Shown here: positions 40,385 to 49,839 of the stretch, piece after piece | Layout of the letters: each line of letters starts with the position of its first letter | How positions within the stretch are numbered: the first letter of the stretch is position 1 | Source of the DNA: an uncultured delta proteobacterium | Lineage (GTDB): Bacteria; Desulfobacterota; Binatia; UBA9968 | DNA length: 64,000 bases | Assembly (NCBI GenBank): GCA_963771465.1 | Contig: CAVYTU010000017.1 | Coordinates: 416,001-480,000, forward strand | Reading direction: 5' to 3' | Position numbers and translations under genes: made by a program | The notes under the pieces: generated by a model | Database searches by the model: none | What the model was told of the DNA's origin: nothing | Seen by the model: only the letters and a program-made list of their open reading frames with translations

Positions 40385-41317
40385 CTAGGCTTTACGAAGA
40401 TATAGTTGCTCAAAGAACCCTTCCTTTTCTATCTCCGCGAGGAGGCTTTCATCGATAAAATCCGCTGCCTTCTTGCGGCGGAGAAAAGAGTGATCCGGAG
40501 CTAATTCCTGAATGGCAATTTCCAACCCCTTGGTTAAAGGAACAGGTTTTTCTGGTAAGACCCCCTGGACATAGTCCTCAAACTTAGTATCCATACCGGT
40601 GGCAAAATCTTCGAGAAGATACTTTTCGAAGACGGCATCGGTGAACTCCTTATGGCTCTTAGCGAAAGCGGTAGCCTCAATTATCGCCCTGAGGAAGTTC
40701 TTTGCAGCATCGCGGTTCCTTGCGAGCCAGTCCCGCCTCATCAGGACATCGGCTGCCGTAATGGCGAGACCTGAATTAATGAAGTCCACCAGGAGGCTAA
40801 CCTCTTTTCCTGCCTTGCGCAGGTCCTTCAATTTACCGCGATTGGAGAGGCTGGCCGATACCTTCCCCTCCAACATCCATTGCACGCCGAGGGCGTGGTG
40901 GTCGCCACTAGACACAATCTCCACATCAGTCTCCGGGTCGAGTCCCAGGTGCGCGAGAACGACCCGAGTGGAAACGTCAGGCCCTGTTCCTGGGCGCGCC
41001 GTCCAGATCTTCTTTCCCTTTAGCTCCTGCGGCGATTGGATCTCTGGCCGGGCTAAAAATATGAAATGATTGGCGGCTAAACTGGCGACAAAGACTAGAT
41101 CGGCGCCCTCGGCCAAGGCGTCAATCGCAGCCCGGAATCCCACCACACCGATATCGATTTTTTTGGAGATCACCTCTTCGACGGTTTGCCCGCGAGCGTC
41201 ACTCCGCAACGCGACTTCCAGCCCGTGCTTTTCGAACATCTTGGATTCTTGAGCGACCCAGAGGGGAAACTTATTGTCCCGAATCGGGTAATATCCTACT
41301 CGAAGTTTTTGCTGCAT
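40385..41317 (-). CDS. SsuA/THI5(NMT1)-like binding-fold protein without signal peptide
   Basis: LRVGY, PLWVA.E..MFEKHGLEV, ELKGKKI, GLDPE.DV, FIDESLL.EIEKEGF. Confidence 0.85.
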   Translation of the reverse strand: MQQKLRVGYYPIRDNKFPLWVAQESKMFEKHGLEVALRSDARGQTVEEVISKKIDIGVVGFRAAIDALAEGADLVFVASLAANHFIFLARPEIQSPQELKGKKIWTARPGTGPDVSTRVVLAHLGLDPETDVEIVSSGDHHALGVQWMLEGKVSASLSNRGKLKDLRKAGKEVSLLVDFINSGLAITAADVLMRRDWLARNRDAAKNFLRAIIEATAFAKSHKEFTDAVFEKYLLEDFATGMDTKFEDYVQGVLPEKPVPLTKGLEIAIQELAPDHSFLRRKKAADFIDESLLAEIEKEGFFEQLYLRKA

Positions 41318-41389
41318 AAGCTCTCCTTTCTGTACGCTAACGCGCTCCCGCGGCTTTACTTTGTTGGCGGCAGTCAGCGGGCGCGAATA

Positions 41390-41500
41390 TCAGCACTCAA
41401 AACCGGTCGGGAAAAAATTCTGGCGACAATGATCCGCGAACAATTTCCACATCGCTTCGGATTCGGCCACATGTGTGTCGGCGTCGATGATTGGCTGCAT
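41390..41500 (-). pseudogene. Amidohydrolase N-terminal remnant
   Basis: AGGAGG RBS then MQPIIDADTHVAESEAMWKLF (closely matches the start of 19648-20763), stop after 36 aa. Confidence 0.7.
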
Positions 41501-41661
41501 GTTGAACCTCCTGCGTACGCTTGGCTGGTTATAACTATTTACCCCTTCCATAGTTTATAGCGCGACCCTGGATAAACCTACAATGCCAATCAGTTGCAGC
41601 ATCAGCCGCACTTCGCCTATAAAGGTGATGTTCGCAGCTATTGCCAAGGAGGTTTTAATTG

Positions 41662-42228
41662 ATGGCGACGCTCAAATTTCTCGATCCGCGCGCGGCGGTG
41701 AATCCGAAAGACCTGCCGTTGGTGCCGGGGCTCGACACGCTGGAAGGTAAAGTCATCGGAATCATCGATAACGGCCAGTCGAACTCGACGGATATGTTCA
41801 AAGAGCTGGCCAAGCTGATCGAAGCAAAATATCACGCCAAGGAAGTTCTGTTCCGCACCAAGCCATCGCATATGCAGGGCGCGCCGAAACCGATCATGGA
41901 GGAGTTACTCAGCCGGTGTGACGCCGTCATCACTGGTTTAGGCGCTTGAGGATCGTGCACGTCGTGGAGTGTCCACGACGCCATCGAACTGCAAAAGAAA
42001 GGCAAGCCGACGGTGACGCTGTGCCAGTCGATCTTCATGGCGCTGGCGCGCACGGAAGCAAAGTTTTTCGGCTTGGCGACATTGCCATTAGTCGAAATCC
42101 CGCATCATCCGAGCGGCGGCGCGAGGGAAGGGGAGCATCGCGCGGACGCAGAGGGGGCGATTGATCTGGTTGACGAGAAATTGACGCTGGGATCGGCAGC
42201 GAGTTTGAAGCAGGCAAAGGCGGGGTGA
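41662..42228 (+). CDS. UGSC-family selenoprotein, copy 2 (in-frame TGA 41947-41949 as Sec96; 188 aa)
   Basis: AGGAGG RBS; ..ITGLGA-U-GSCTSWSVHDAIELQKKGKPTV.. continues in frame into the 42013-42228 ORF; hairpin after the TGA. Confidence 0.9.
41947..41980 (+). promoter_or_regulatory. Putative bacterial SECIS element
   Basis: TGA-GGATCGTGCA-CGTCGTGGA-GTG-TCCACGACG: 9-bp stem; first 33 nt identical to 25434-25466. Confidence 0.82.
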
Positions 42229-42384
42229 CTTCAATCTAAAGTCACCTTTTGAGATCCATAATTAAGTTTGAAAAGCACCCCCTTCCTTAGTCCTTCCCCG
42301 CAAGGGGGAAGGAAAGCGAACATGAAGATGGGACTTTCAAAACAAATTTGATGCTTATCACAGCATCGGGAATGTGCATTTGTC

Positions 42385-43449
42385 ATGAACCTCACCTCAA
42401 ACCTGATCGAAGTCGAAGATAGTTGGGAAGCGGTTAACGATTGGTTCTTGAAAGAGAAGCTGAGCGATGGCTTGCCGATCGTGCCGCCGACGGCGGAGCG
42501 GGTCGAAAAGATGCTCGGCGCGACCACGCGGGATCCGGCTGAAGTCATCGGACCGATTCCTCCCAAGTGGGCGCCTTGTTCGGTTGAAAAAATCGCCATC
42601 AACGCGGTGATGGCCGGTTGTTTGCCGGAATATTTACCGGTGATCATCGCCGCGGTCGAAGCGATTTGCGAACCGCGCTTCAATCTCTACGGCGTGCAGG
42701 CGACTACGGGCTACGTTGGTCCCGCGCTGCTGCTCAATGGACCGATTCGAAAGGAATTGAACGTCAACTGCGACTCGGGCGTTTTCGGCCCCGGCTTTCG
42801 TTCCAACGCGACCATCGGCCGGGCGATTCGCTTGATTCTCATCACCGTGGGCGGCGGTTATCCCGGCGATACGGATCGCTCGACGTTCGGCTGGCCGGGC
42901 AAGTACACGATGTGCTTCGGCGAGAACCAGGAGAAGAGTCCGTGGGAACCGTATCACGTCGAGTTCGGCTTCAGGCCGGAAGAGAGCACGGTGACCACGT
43001 TCGGCATTAATGGCTTCTTACCGATACACACCGCCGGCAATCGCGGCGAGCAGGCGCTGTCTTCTCTGGCCGAAGTGATCAAGATGCATCACGGCGTGAG
43101 TCATCTCGACGTCGGCAGTTTCGGCGGCGGCACGCCACTGATCGCCCTGGGTATCGAAGACGCCGAGATCATGGCGCGCGACGGCATCACCAAGAAGCAA
43201 GTCAAGGATTATCTCTGGGAACACGCGTCGATGAAGTTTTCGGAAATCCCGGCACGGCGCAAGGGACACAAGTCCGACGACGAACTGATGCGCGAATCGA
43301 TCAACCTGACGCCGGATGGCGTGGTTCATCTGTCCACCAAGGCTGAAGACATCATGGTCATCGTTATCGGCGGCAAACATCGCCATTCCGTATTCCTGCC
43401 GATGTGGACGGGACGCAATACGTTATGCGCGATCAAACCGATTCGCTGA
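42385..43449 (+). CDS. Conserved hypothetical protein, UGSC-partner (DGLPxxPPT family), copy 2
   Basis: SDGLPIVPPT, EKIAINAVMAGC, RSNATIGR, WPGKY, GENQE.SPW.P.HVE.GF. Confidence 0.85.
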   Translation: MNLTSNLIEVEDSWEAVNDWFLKEKLSDGLPIVPPTAERVEKMLGATTRDPAEVIGPIPPKWAPCSVEKIAINAVMAGCLPEYLPVIIAAVEAICEPRFNLYGVQATTGYVGPALLLNGPIRKELNVNCDSGVFGPGFRSNATIGRAIRLILITVGGGYPGDTDRSTFGWPGKYTMCFGENQEKSPWEPYHVEFGFRPEESTVTTFGINGFLPIHTAGNRGEQALSSLAEVIKMHHGVSHLDVGSFGGGTPLIALGIEDAEIMARDGITKKQVKDYLWEHASMKFSEIPARRKGHKSDDELMRESINLTPDGVVHLSTKAEDIMVIVIGGKHRHSVFLPMWTGRNTLCAIKPIR

Positions 43450-43508
43450 AGAGTTGGCATGATGGATTGTTGGGTCTCCGGTCAATGAAGATCGAGGATG
43501 GAGGATTG

Positions 43509-44492
43509 ATGGTCGCGCGGGCAGCGACAATTTTCATGCTAGCGATTGGGTTCGCGACTCCTTGCTGGGCTCAGGAGAAATTTCGTTTTCCCATCGGAGA
43601 GTCTTCGAAGACGTTGAGCTACGGGCCGCTGTGGGTGGCGGCGAAGATGGGGTTCTTTGAAAAGGAAGGTTTGGATGTTCCCATCGTCACGATGCGCGGC
43701 TCGCCGCTTACGATCCAGGCGCTGACGGCGGATTCGATTTACGTCGCCAACGCGACAGTGGACACGCTGATCAGCGCCTACGAGCGCGGCGCGGATATCA
43801 CGATGATCGGCGGTCTGATCAATGGACTTGGCCTGAGCATGATCGGCGGCAAACTGTACAAGACTTACGCCGATTTGCGCGGCACGACGATCGGTACGCA
43901 GACGCTGACTTCCGGCACGGGGTTCGCGTTGCGCTTGGTTTTGAAAGTTCACGGCATGGAATATCCGCGCGACTACAAGCTGCTCAACATCGGCGGCGCT
44001 TCGGACCGCTATCAAGCTTTGACATCCGGGCAGATTTCTTCCGCACCCGTCGGCGTGCCGCTCGATCTCGTCGCCAAGCAGCAAGGTTTTAACGTCATCG
44101 GCTATTTCGCCGACGATCAGCCAAACTTTCAGTTCAATACCTATATCGTCAAGCGCGCTTGGGCGGAGAAGAATCGGCCGCTGGTCGTGCGCTTCATGAA
44201 GGCGATGGTATCGACCATGCGCTGGATGGCGGACAACCGCGATGCGGCTTGCGTCTATCTGTCGAAGGAGATGGCGATCAGTGTGGAACACTGCCGATAT
44301 GCATCCGATTACAACTGGAATAGCCGCATCTGGGATCGTAACGCCGATCTCAACATCGAAGGCGTGCGCACATTGATTAGAATCACCGCGGAGCAAGGCA
44401 TACTCAAAGAACCGCTACCGCAGCCGTCCAAGTACATCGACCAAAGTTATTTGAAGCAGGCGTGGGCGGAGATTGATAAAATTAAAAAGTAA
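43509..44492 (+). CDS. SsuA/NMT1-type ABC substrate-binding protein
   Basis: Signal peptide after GGAGG, YGPLWVA.KMGFFEKEGLDV, YPRDYKLL, RFMKA; paralog of 51097-52065. Confidence 0.88.
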   Translation: MVARAATIFMLAIGFATPCWAQEKFRFPIGESSKTLSYGPLWVAAKMGFFEKEGLDVPIVTMRGSPLTIQALTADSIYVANATVDTLISAYERGADITMIGGLINGLGLSMIGGKLYKTYADLRGTTIGTQTLTSGTGFALRLVLKVHGMEYPRDYKLLNIGGASDRYQALTSGQISSAPVGVPLDLVAKQQGFNVIGYFADDQPNFQFNTYIVKRAWAEKNRPLVVRFMKAMVSTMRWMADNRDAACVYLSKEMAISVEHCRYASDYNWNSRIWDRNADLNIEGVRTLIRITAEQGILKEPLPQPSKYIDQSYLKQAWAEIDKIKK

Positions 44493-44515
44493 AATTTAAA
44501 AAGGCAAAAATCGGC

Positions 44516-45523
44516 ATGGCTATGATTACGCGCTTATTCATTGGTTGTAGCTTCGTTTTGCTTGCGCTGTCGGCATTGGCGCTCCGATCCGATGCGCAGG
44601 ACAAAATTAGCATGGGGCTGAGCTCGGTCAGCGGCCTGCACGCTGCGGTTTGGGTGGCGGAGACTAGAGGACTTTTTCGTAAACATGGGATTGAGGCCGA
44701 GGTGATCGTGACCGGTCAGGGCGGCACCGCGGGCATCAGCGCGTTGCTCGCCAATGACATCCAAATGGTGAACTCGGCGGGCGACGTCTTGGTTGCTGCA
44801 GCGTTGCGCGGCGGCGATACAGTAATGGTTGCCAGCGTCGTCAACAAAGGGTTGCAAAGACTCGTCACAAAGCCGGATATAAAGACGCCGACAGATCTCA
44901 AAGGAAAGAGAGTCGGTGTCACCCGCATCGGCGCGGTTTCTCATTCCGTTCTGCTCATGATGCTGCAGCGTTGGAAGATGACCGTGAATGATATTCAGGT
45001 CCTGCAACTCGGGTCGTCGCCGAATATGCTGGCGAGTCTCGACAAAGGCGGTATCGAGGGAGGCGTACTGACGATTCCGTCGATGTTCGTCGCCGAGGAT
45101 CGTGGCTATCGAGTGTTGCTCGATATGGCGGATACCGACATTTTCTATCTGCACACGATGGTAGCGACGACTCGTCAGTACATCAAGAATAATCGCGATA
45201 AGGTTTTGAGATTTCTCAGGGGATATGTGGAAGGGATCGCATTCGTGAAACAGAACAAGAAGGAGAGCTTGGACATCGTTAAGAAAAAACTTCGAATCGG
45301 ACCTGAGCAGGAACGAAACCTCGAGCGCTCTCTGGATCTACTGATTGCAAAATATTATGAGAACATCCCGTATCCGTCGATGCGCGGCGTCGAAACCGTG
45401 CTCGGCTTCATCGAGAAGGACAACCCGAAAGCCAAGACAGCCGATCCGAAATCGTTCGTCGACGACAGTTTGCTGCGCGAGATTGAAGCCAGCGGTTTTA
45501 TCAAGAAGCTCTACGACCGTTAG
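44516..45523 (+). CDS. SsuA/NMT1-type ABC substrate-binding protein
   Basis: Signal peptide, WVA...GLFRKHG, DLKGKRVGVTR.G, FVDDSLLREIE.SGFI. Confidence 0.9.
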   Translation: MAMITRLFIGCSFVLLALSALALRSDAQDKISMGLSSVSGLHAAVWVAETRGLFRKHGIEAEVIVTGQGGTAGISALLANDIQMVNSAGDVLVAAALRGGDTVMVASVVNKGLQRLVTKPDIKTPTDLKGKRVGVTRIGAVSHSVLLMMLQRWKMTVNDIQVLQLGSSPNMLASLDKGGIEGGVLTIPSMFVAEDRGYRVLLDMADTDIFYLHTMVATTRQYIKNNRDKVLRFLRGYVEGIAFVKQNKKESLDIVKKKLRIGPEQERNLERSLDLLIAKYYENIPYPSMRGVETVLGFIEKDNPKAKTADPKSFVDDSLLREIEASGFIKKLYDR

Positions 45524-45797
45524 CAATTAAATCGCCACTGATCATCGCTATCGCAGCCGTGGTCAATATTTCGTCAGTATGCGGCGATGATCGAGGCTTG
45601 GGACGTCGTCGCCATCTGCTTTAATACCTTCGCTAAAGTCTCCGCCACTCTTCAGCCAGCCACGATCCGTTTGGCAGTACATTTTTGTCGCGAGATTGTT
45701 TCGTCTGAGACTTAGCGCGGCATAAATTCCCCAGAATGGACCGAGGCAAATCCCTGCAGTCCTTGTCACAACGAATAACTCCGTTGTCAGAGAAGGA

Positions 45798-46070
45798 ATC
45801 TCAGTCCGGGATTAACTTTGGATCCTTCTCGCCACTCGGAAATGGCAAGAGCGCGATGAAATATTCGATCGGTTCCATCAAGTGGATGGTTCCGGAACGC
45901 GCAGCTTCGAAGGCGTTGGTTTGGGGCTCTATATCGTCAAGTCGTTCAGCGCAATGCTGGGCGGTCAAGTATGGGTGGAAAGCGTTGTCGGTAAAGGCTC
46001 TTCGTTCATCGTAAAGTTGCCCCTGCAATTCGCACCCTCGGGAAGCATTACGCTTCATCCCTACCGCTGA
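45798..46070 (+). pseudogene. Sensor histidine kinase HATPase_c C-terminal remnant
   Basis: ISVRD(stop)..[24 protein letters not shown].....LGG.V.VES..GKGS.F.V.LP; upstream domains absent. Confidence 0.8.
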
Positions 46071-46314
46071 ATTGATCGCCATGCCGATCAGTCCTTGTTA
46101 AGTCCGTAACTCCGACGATTCTCCCTAGCTGGCTAGGATAGTTTTCGCAGTACTTCAGCTTCACACCATAGGTTGTTTTTTATTGGAGTAGGCATTCCAA
46201 CCTTCGGCTCTGCTTACCACCGGCGTGAGTGCGTAGCGAATCATCCACTTCCCTTGACAATTCCTCGCTGGCTCGAATAAGTAGTGACTAAATTTACCAA
46301 GGAGGCATCGAAAC

Positions 46315-47154
46315 ATGGCTGCAACATTATGGAAAGAGTATAAGACCGTGAGAGTCGAAAAAGAGGATGGGACGACTTGGTGTATTCTCAATCGTCCGGA
46401 GAAGAGAAACGCCATGAACCCGCAGCTGCACTACGACATGCTCGAAGCCTTGACCGAGTTGGAGGTCGATAAGGAGACCCAGGTGTTGGTCATAACCGGC
46501 GCCGGGCCGAGCTGGTGTGCCGGACAGGATCTGCGCGAATATTTTCGCGGCACCGACAACAATCCATTGGAACGGCGCAAGGCGAGCTGGGCGTCGCAAG
46601 AATGGCGCTGGCGCCGGCTCTTCTGGTTTCCCAAGCCGACCATCGCCATGGTCAACGGCTTTTGCTTCGGCGGTGCGTTTACTCCACTGATCGCTTGCGA
46701 CTTCGCCATCGCCGCAGAAGACGCGGTCTTCGGTTTGAGCGAAGTTAACTGGGGAATCTTTCCCGGTGGATTGGTGAGCCGCGTGCTGGCCGACGCCATG
46801 TGTTACCGCGATGCCATGTGGTGCATCATGACCGGCGATCCGTTCGACGGAAAAAAAGCCGCTGAAATGAGGCTGATCAACTACGCCGTGCCGAAAGACA
46901 AGCTACGCGCCGAGACCATTGCTCTTGCCGACAAGCTAAAAAAGAAAAACCCGGCTGTGTTGCGCGCTGCCAAGGAAGTCTACAAAAACTGCCGTACGAT
47001 GGATTACGGACAAGCCGAAGATTATATGTCCGCCAAAGGAACCGCGCTTCGTCTCACCGACCCGGAAAAGGGCCGCGAGACCGGCATGGAACAGTTCCTC
47101 GATAAGAAGACCTACCGTCCGGGCTTGGGCGAGTATAATCGGGACGCGAAGTAG
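46315..47154 (+). CDS. p-Hydroxycinnamoyl/feruloyl-CoA hydratase-lyase-like crotonase
   Basis: LNRPEKRNAM, W.AG.DL.EYFR, KPTIAMVNG.CFGG, FGLSE.NWGI.PGG, QFLD.K..RPGL..Y. Confidence 0.88.
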   Translation: MAATLWKEYKTVRVEKEDGTTWCILNRPEKRNAMNPQLHYDMLEALTELEVDKETQVLVITGAGPSWCAGQDLREYFRGTDNNPLERRKASWASQEWRWRRLFWFPKPTIAMVNGFCFGGAFTPLIACDFAIAAEDAVFGLSEVNWGIFPGGLVSRVLADAMCYRDAMWCIMTGDPFDGKKAAEMRLINYAVPKDKLRAETIALADKLKKKNPAVLRAAKEVYKNCRTMDYGQAEDYMSAKGTALRLTDPEKGRETGMEQFLDKKTYRPGLGEYNRDAK

Positions 47155-47159
47155 CAGGG

Positions 47160-47238
47160 TGGAAGTTAGAGGTCGGAGATCGAAGGTCAGAAGTCAGAGT
47201 GCTAGGCTCTTTCCGACCTCCGACTTCTGATTTCTGGT
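47160..47238. repeat. Heptamer-unit intergenic palindrome (GAGGTCG/GAAGTCA ... CCGACCT/CTGATTT)
   Basis: Degenerate 7-nt units followed by their reverse complements. Confidence 0.7.
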
Positions 47239-47245
47239 TTGAACC

Positions 47246-48409
47246 ATGGATTTCAATCTCCCTGAAGAGCTGCAAATCTTAAAGGGCACGGTGCGCAAGT
47301 TCGTCGACCGTGAGCTGATTCCGCTGGAGCGAGAATGCCGGCCGGAAGGCGAGGACATGCCGGAGCAGTTTATCAAGCCGCTCCAGGAGAAAGCCAAAGC
47401 GATTGGTCTGTGGCTGTTAGATGTCCCACAGGAATACGGCGGCGCGGGCCTCGATCTGATGAGCCGTTGCGTGATCATGGAAGAAGTCGCGCGCACCATC
47501 GCAATCCCGTTTCGCTATGCGCCGATCTTCGGGCCGGAAGTGCGGCCGGTGCTGTTTCACTGTAATGACGAGCAGAAAAAACGTTTCTTGCAACCCGTCA
47601 TTGACGGCAAGATGCGCATCTGTTTCGCCCAGACCGAGCCCGACGCTGGCAGCGATCCCGCAGGGATGAAAACTCGCGCGGTCAAAGACGGCGACCACTA
47701 TATTATCAACGGCACCAAACGTTTCATCACCGGCGCGAAGACCGCCGATTATGCCCAGGTGATTGCCGTCACCGATCCGGAAAAAGGCGCCCGCGGCGGT
47801 GTCAGCTGTTTTATGGTGAGCATGAAGGCGCCCGGTGTCACCCTCGAAAGATTGTGGCCGACGATGATGGGCGACACGCCGGGGCAAATTCACTTCGACA
47901 ACGTCCGAGTGGCAGCTGCCGACATGATTGGCGGCGAAGGCCAGGGATTTGCTATCGCGCAAAAATGGATCGAAGAAGGGCGCGTGCGCGGCCACGGGGC
48001 GCGGCCGGTGGGCATCGCCTCGCGCGCGCTCGACATGATGATCGAGTATTCCAAAGTGCGCATAACTTTCGGCCAGCCGTTGGCCAATCGCCAGGCGATT
48101 CAGTTCATGATTGCCGACTCAGCGATGGAGCTGCATGCCTGCCGGCTGATGGTTTACGAGTGCGCTTGGCGGCATGACCGCGGCGAAGATATCCGCCAGC
48201 TTTCTTACATGACAAAAATCCAGTGCGCCGAGATGGCGGGGCGCGTAGTCGACCGCTCGATCCAAGTCCACGGCGGACTGGGACTCATGCGTGAGTTGCC
48301 ATTAGAGTGGTGGTATCGCCAGGTACGGAGCATCCGCATCACCGAAGGCACACCGGAAGTTTTGCGCTGGCGTTTGGCGCAGCATATTATTCGCAATCAT
48401 AAGGGGTGA
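47246..48409 (+). CDS. Acyl-CoA dehydrogenase
   Basis: P.EYGG.G, TEPDAGSD, INGTK.FIT, R..FG..L...QAIQF, Q.HGG.G, RI.EGT.E. Confidence 0.95.
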   Translation: MDFNLPEELQILKGTVRKFVDRELIPLERECRPEGEDMPEQFIKPLQEKAKAIGLWLLDVPQEYGGAGLDLMSRCVIMEEVARTIAIPFRYAPIFGPEVRPVLFHCNDEQKKRFLQPVIDGKMRICFAQTEPDAGSDPAGMKTRAVKDGDHYIINGTKRFITGAKTADYAQVIAVTDPEKGARGGVSCFMVSMKAPGVTLERLWPTMMGDTPGQIHFDNVRVAAADMIGGEGQGFAIAQKWIEEGRVRGHGARPVGIASRALDMMIEYSKVRITFGQPLANRQAIQFMIADSAMELHACRLMVYECAWRHDRGEDIRQLSYMTKIQCAEMAGRVVDRSIQVHGGLGLMRELPLEWWYRQVRSIRITEGTPEVLRWRLAQHIIRNHKG

Positions 48410-48414
48410 AAGAA

Positions 48415-48484
48415 GGGTCGAGGATAGAGGATCGAGGATGGAAGATAGCATTTTTCTCTCCTCCATCTTCCATCCTCGATCCTT
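48415..48484. repeat. Heptamer-unit intergenic palindrome (GAGGATC/GAGGATG ... CATCCTC)
   Basis: gaggata-gaggatc-gaggatg-gaagata ... ctccatc-ttccatc-ctcgatc; a half copy at ~43486-43510. Confidence 0.7.
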
Positions 48485-48514
48485 TTGTGTAGACGAATGT
48501 CGATTTAAGGCACA

Positions 48515-49723
48515 ATGAACAATTCCACTGACGCAATCTCTCTACTCCCCGGCAACCGCGTCCTCGACCTTAGCTCGTCCATGGGGTCGTTTTGCGGCAA
48601 GGTGCTGCACGATCTGGGTATGGAAGTTATCAAGATCGAGCCGCCGGGCGGCGACGCCGGCCGGTCGGAACCGCCGTTCGCCAAAGGCCATGCGCATCGA
48701 GAGGGAAGTTTGCGCTTTGCTTATCTCAATGCGGGTAAAAAAAGCATCACGCTCGATATCACAAAAGATCGCGGGCGAAAGATTTTTCTCGACCTCGTGG
48801 CGAAGTCCGATATCGTCCTCGAAACCTGTGAGCCTGGTTATCTCACCGCGCATAATCTCGGTTGGGAGCAACTGCTGGAACAGCAACGCAAGCTGATTTT
48901 GGTTTCACTCACCGGTTTCGGTCAGGACGGTCCTTATGCGCATTACAAAGCGCCGGATATCGTCGGCAACGCCATGGGCGCCTTGCTCTACATCAGCGGC
49001 GATCCGGCGATGACGCCGTGCAATCCGCCGGAAACCCAAGCCTATTACTACGCGAGTTTGTTTGCGTGCTATGGCACCATGCTGGCGCTCTGGCAACGCG
49101 AGAGCCGCGGCATCGGCGCGTGGATCGATGCCTCGATGCAGGCGAGCATGGCGCTGCACGAACATGTGGCTTTCAACTACGCGGCTGAAAAGCGAGTGAT
49201 GAAACGCGCCGGCAGCCAGCATCAGCACAATGCGCCGGCAAATCTCTTCCAGTGCAAAAACGGCTGGATCGCACTATTTGTCACCCAAACGCACTGGCCC
49301 CTGTTACTCCAGGTTTGGGACAATCACGATGTCGAGCTCGACGATCCCAAGTGGGTGAATAGCAATTTGCGCCGGCAGAAGGCGGACTACATCAACGCCC
49401 AAGTAACCTCGTTCACCATGCGCTACATGAAAGAGGAACTGGCGGAGCTGATGCAAAAGCACGGCATCCCTGGCCTGCCGGTCAATTCGCCGTCGGATTT
49501 CATGAAAGACCCGCATATCCAAGCGCGCGGTTTTTTCAGCGAGGTGACCCATCCGGTGCTCGGAACTTTTGCCGCTCCGGGCAACTTCTTCATGGTGGAT
49601 GGCAAACGCACCGGTCCGTCGCCCGCGCCGCTGATCGGACAGCATAATTACGAAGTGCTCTGTGGCGAATTGGGGCTCGGCGCCGATGAAATTGCGGCGC
49701 TGACGGCGGAGAAAATAATTTAA
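48515..49723 (+). CDS. Family III (CaiB/BaiF) CoA-transferase subunit
   Basis: RVLDLS, VIKIEPP.GD, YLNAGKKSITLD, SLTGFGQDGP, DPH..ARG, P..G.HN; no Asp at the usual catalytic position (QAYYYAS). Confidence 0.92.
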   Translation: MNNSTDAISLLPGNRVLDLSSSMGSFCGKVLHDLGMEVIKIEPPGGDAGRSEPPFAKGHAHREGSLRFAYLNAGKKSITLDITKDRGRKIFLDLVAKSDIVLETCEPGYLTAHNLGWEQLLEQQRKLILVSLTGFGQDGPYAHYKAPDIVGNAMGALLYISGDPAMTPCNPPETQAYYYASLFACYGTMLALWQRESRGIGAWIDASMQASMALHEHVAFNYAAEKRVMKRAGSQHQHNAPANLFQCKNGWIALFVTQTHWPLLLQVWDNHDVELDDPKWVNSNLRRQKADYINAQVTSFTMRYMKEELAELMQKHGIPGLPVNSPSDFMKDPHIQARGFFSEVTHPVLGTFAAPGNFFMVDGKRTGPSPAPLIGQHNYEVLCGELGLGADEIAALTAEKII

Positions 49724-49736
49724 GAAAATTTATACT

Positions 49737-49832
49737 TGAAAATGGAAAATGAAAATTAGATCTGGTTTAGATTAGAAAGCTCAGATAGTTCTTCCGAAAT
49801 TTTCAATTATCCATTATCAATTTTCAATTAAT
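49737..49832. repeat. AT-rich heptamer-unit palindrome (TGAAAAT ... ATTTTCA)
   Basis: tgaaaa-tggaaaa-tgaaaatt ... aattttc-aattatc-cattatc-aattttc-aatt. Confidence 0.65.
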
Positions 49833-49839
49833 TCGAACC

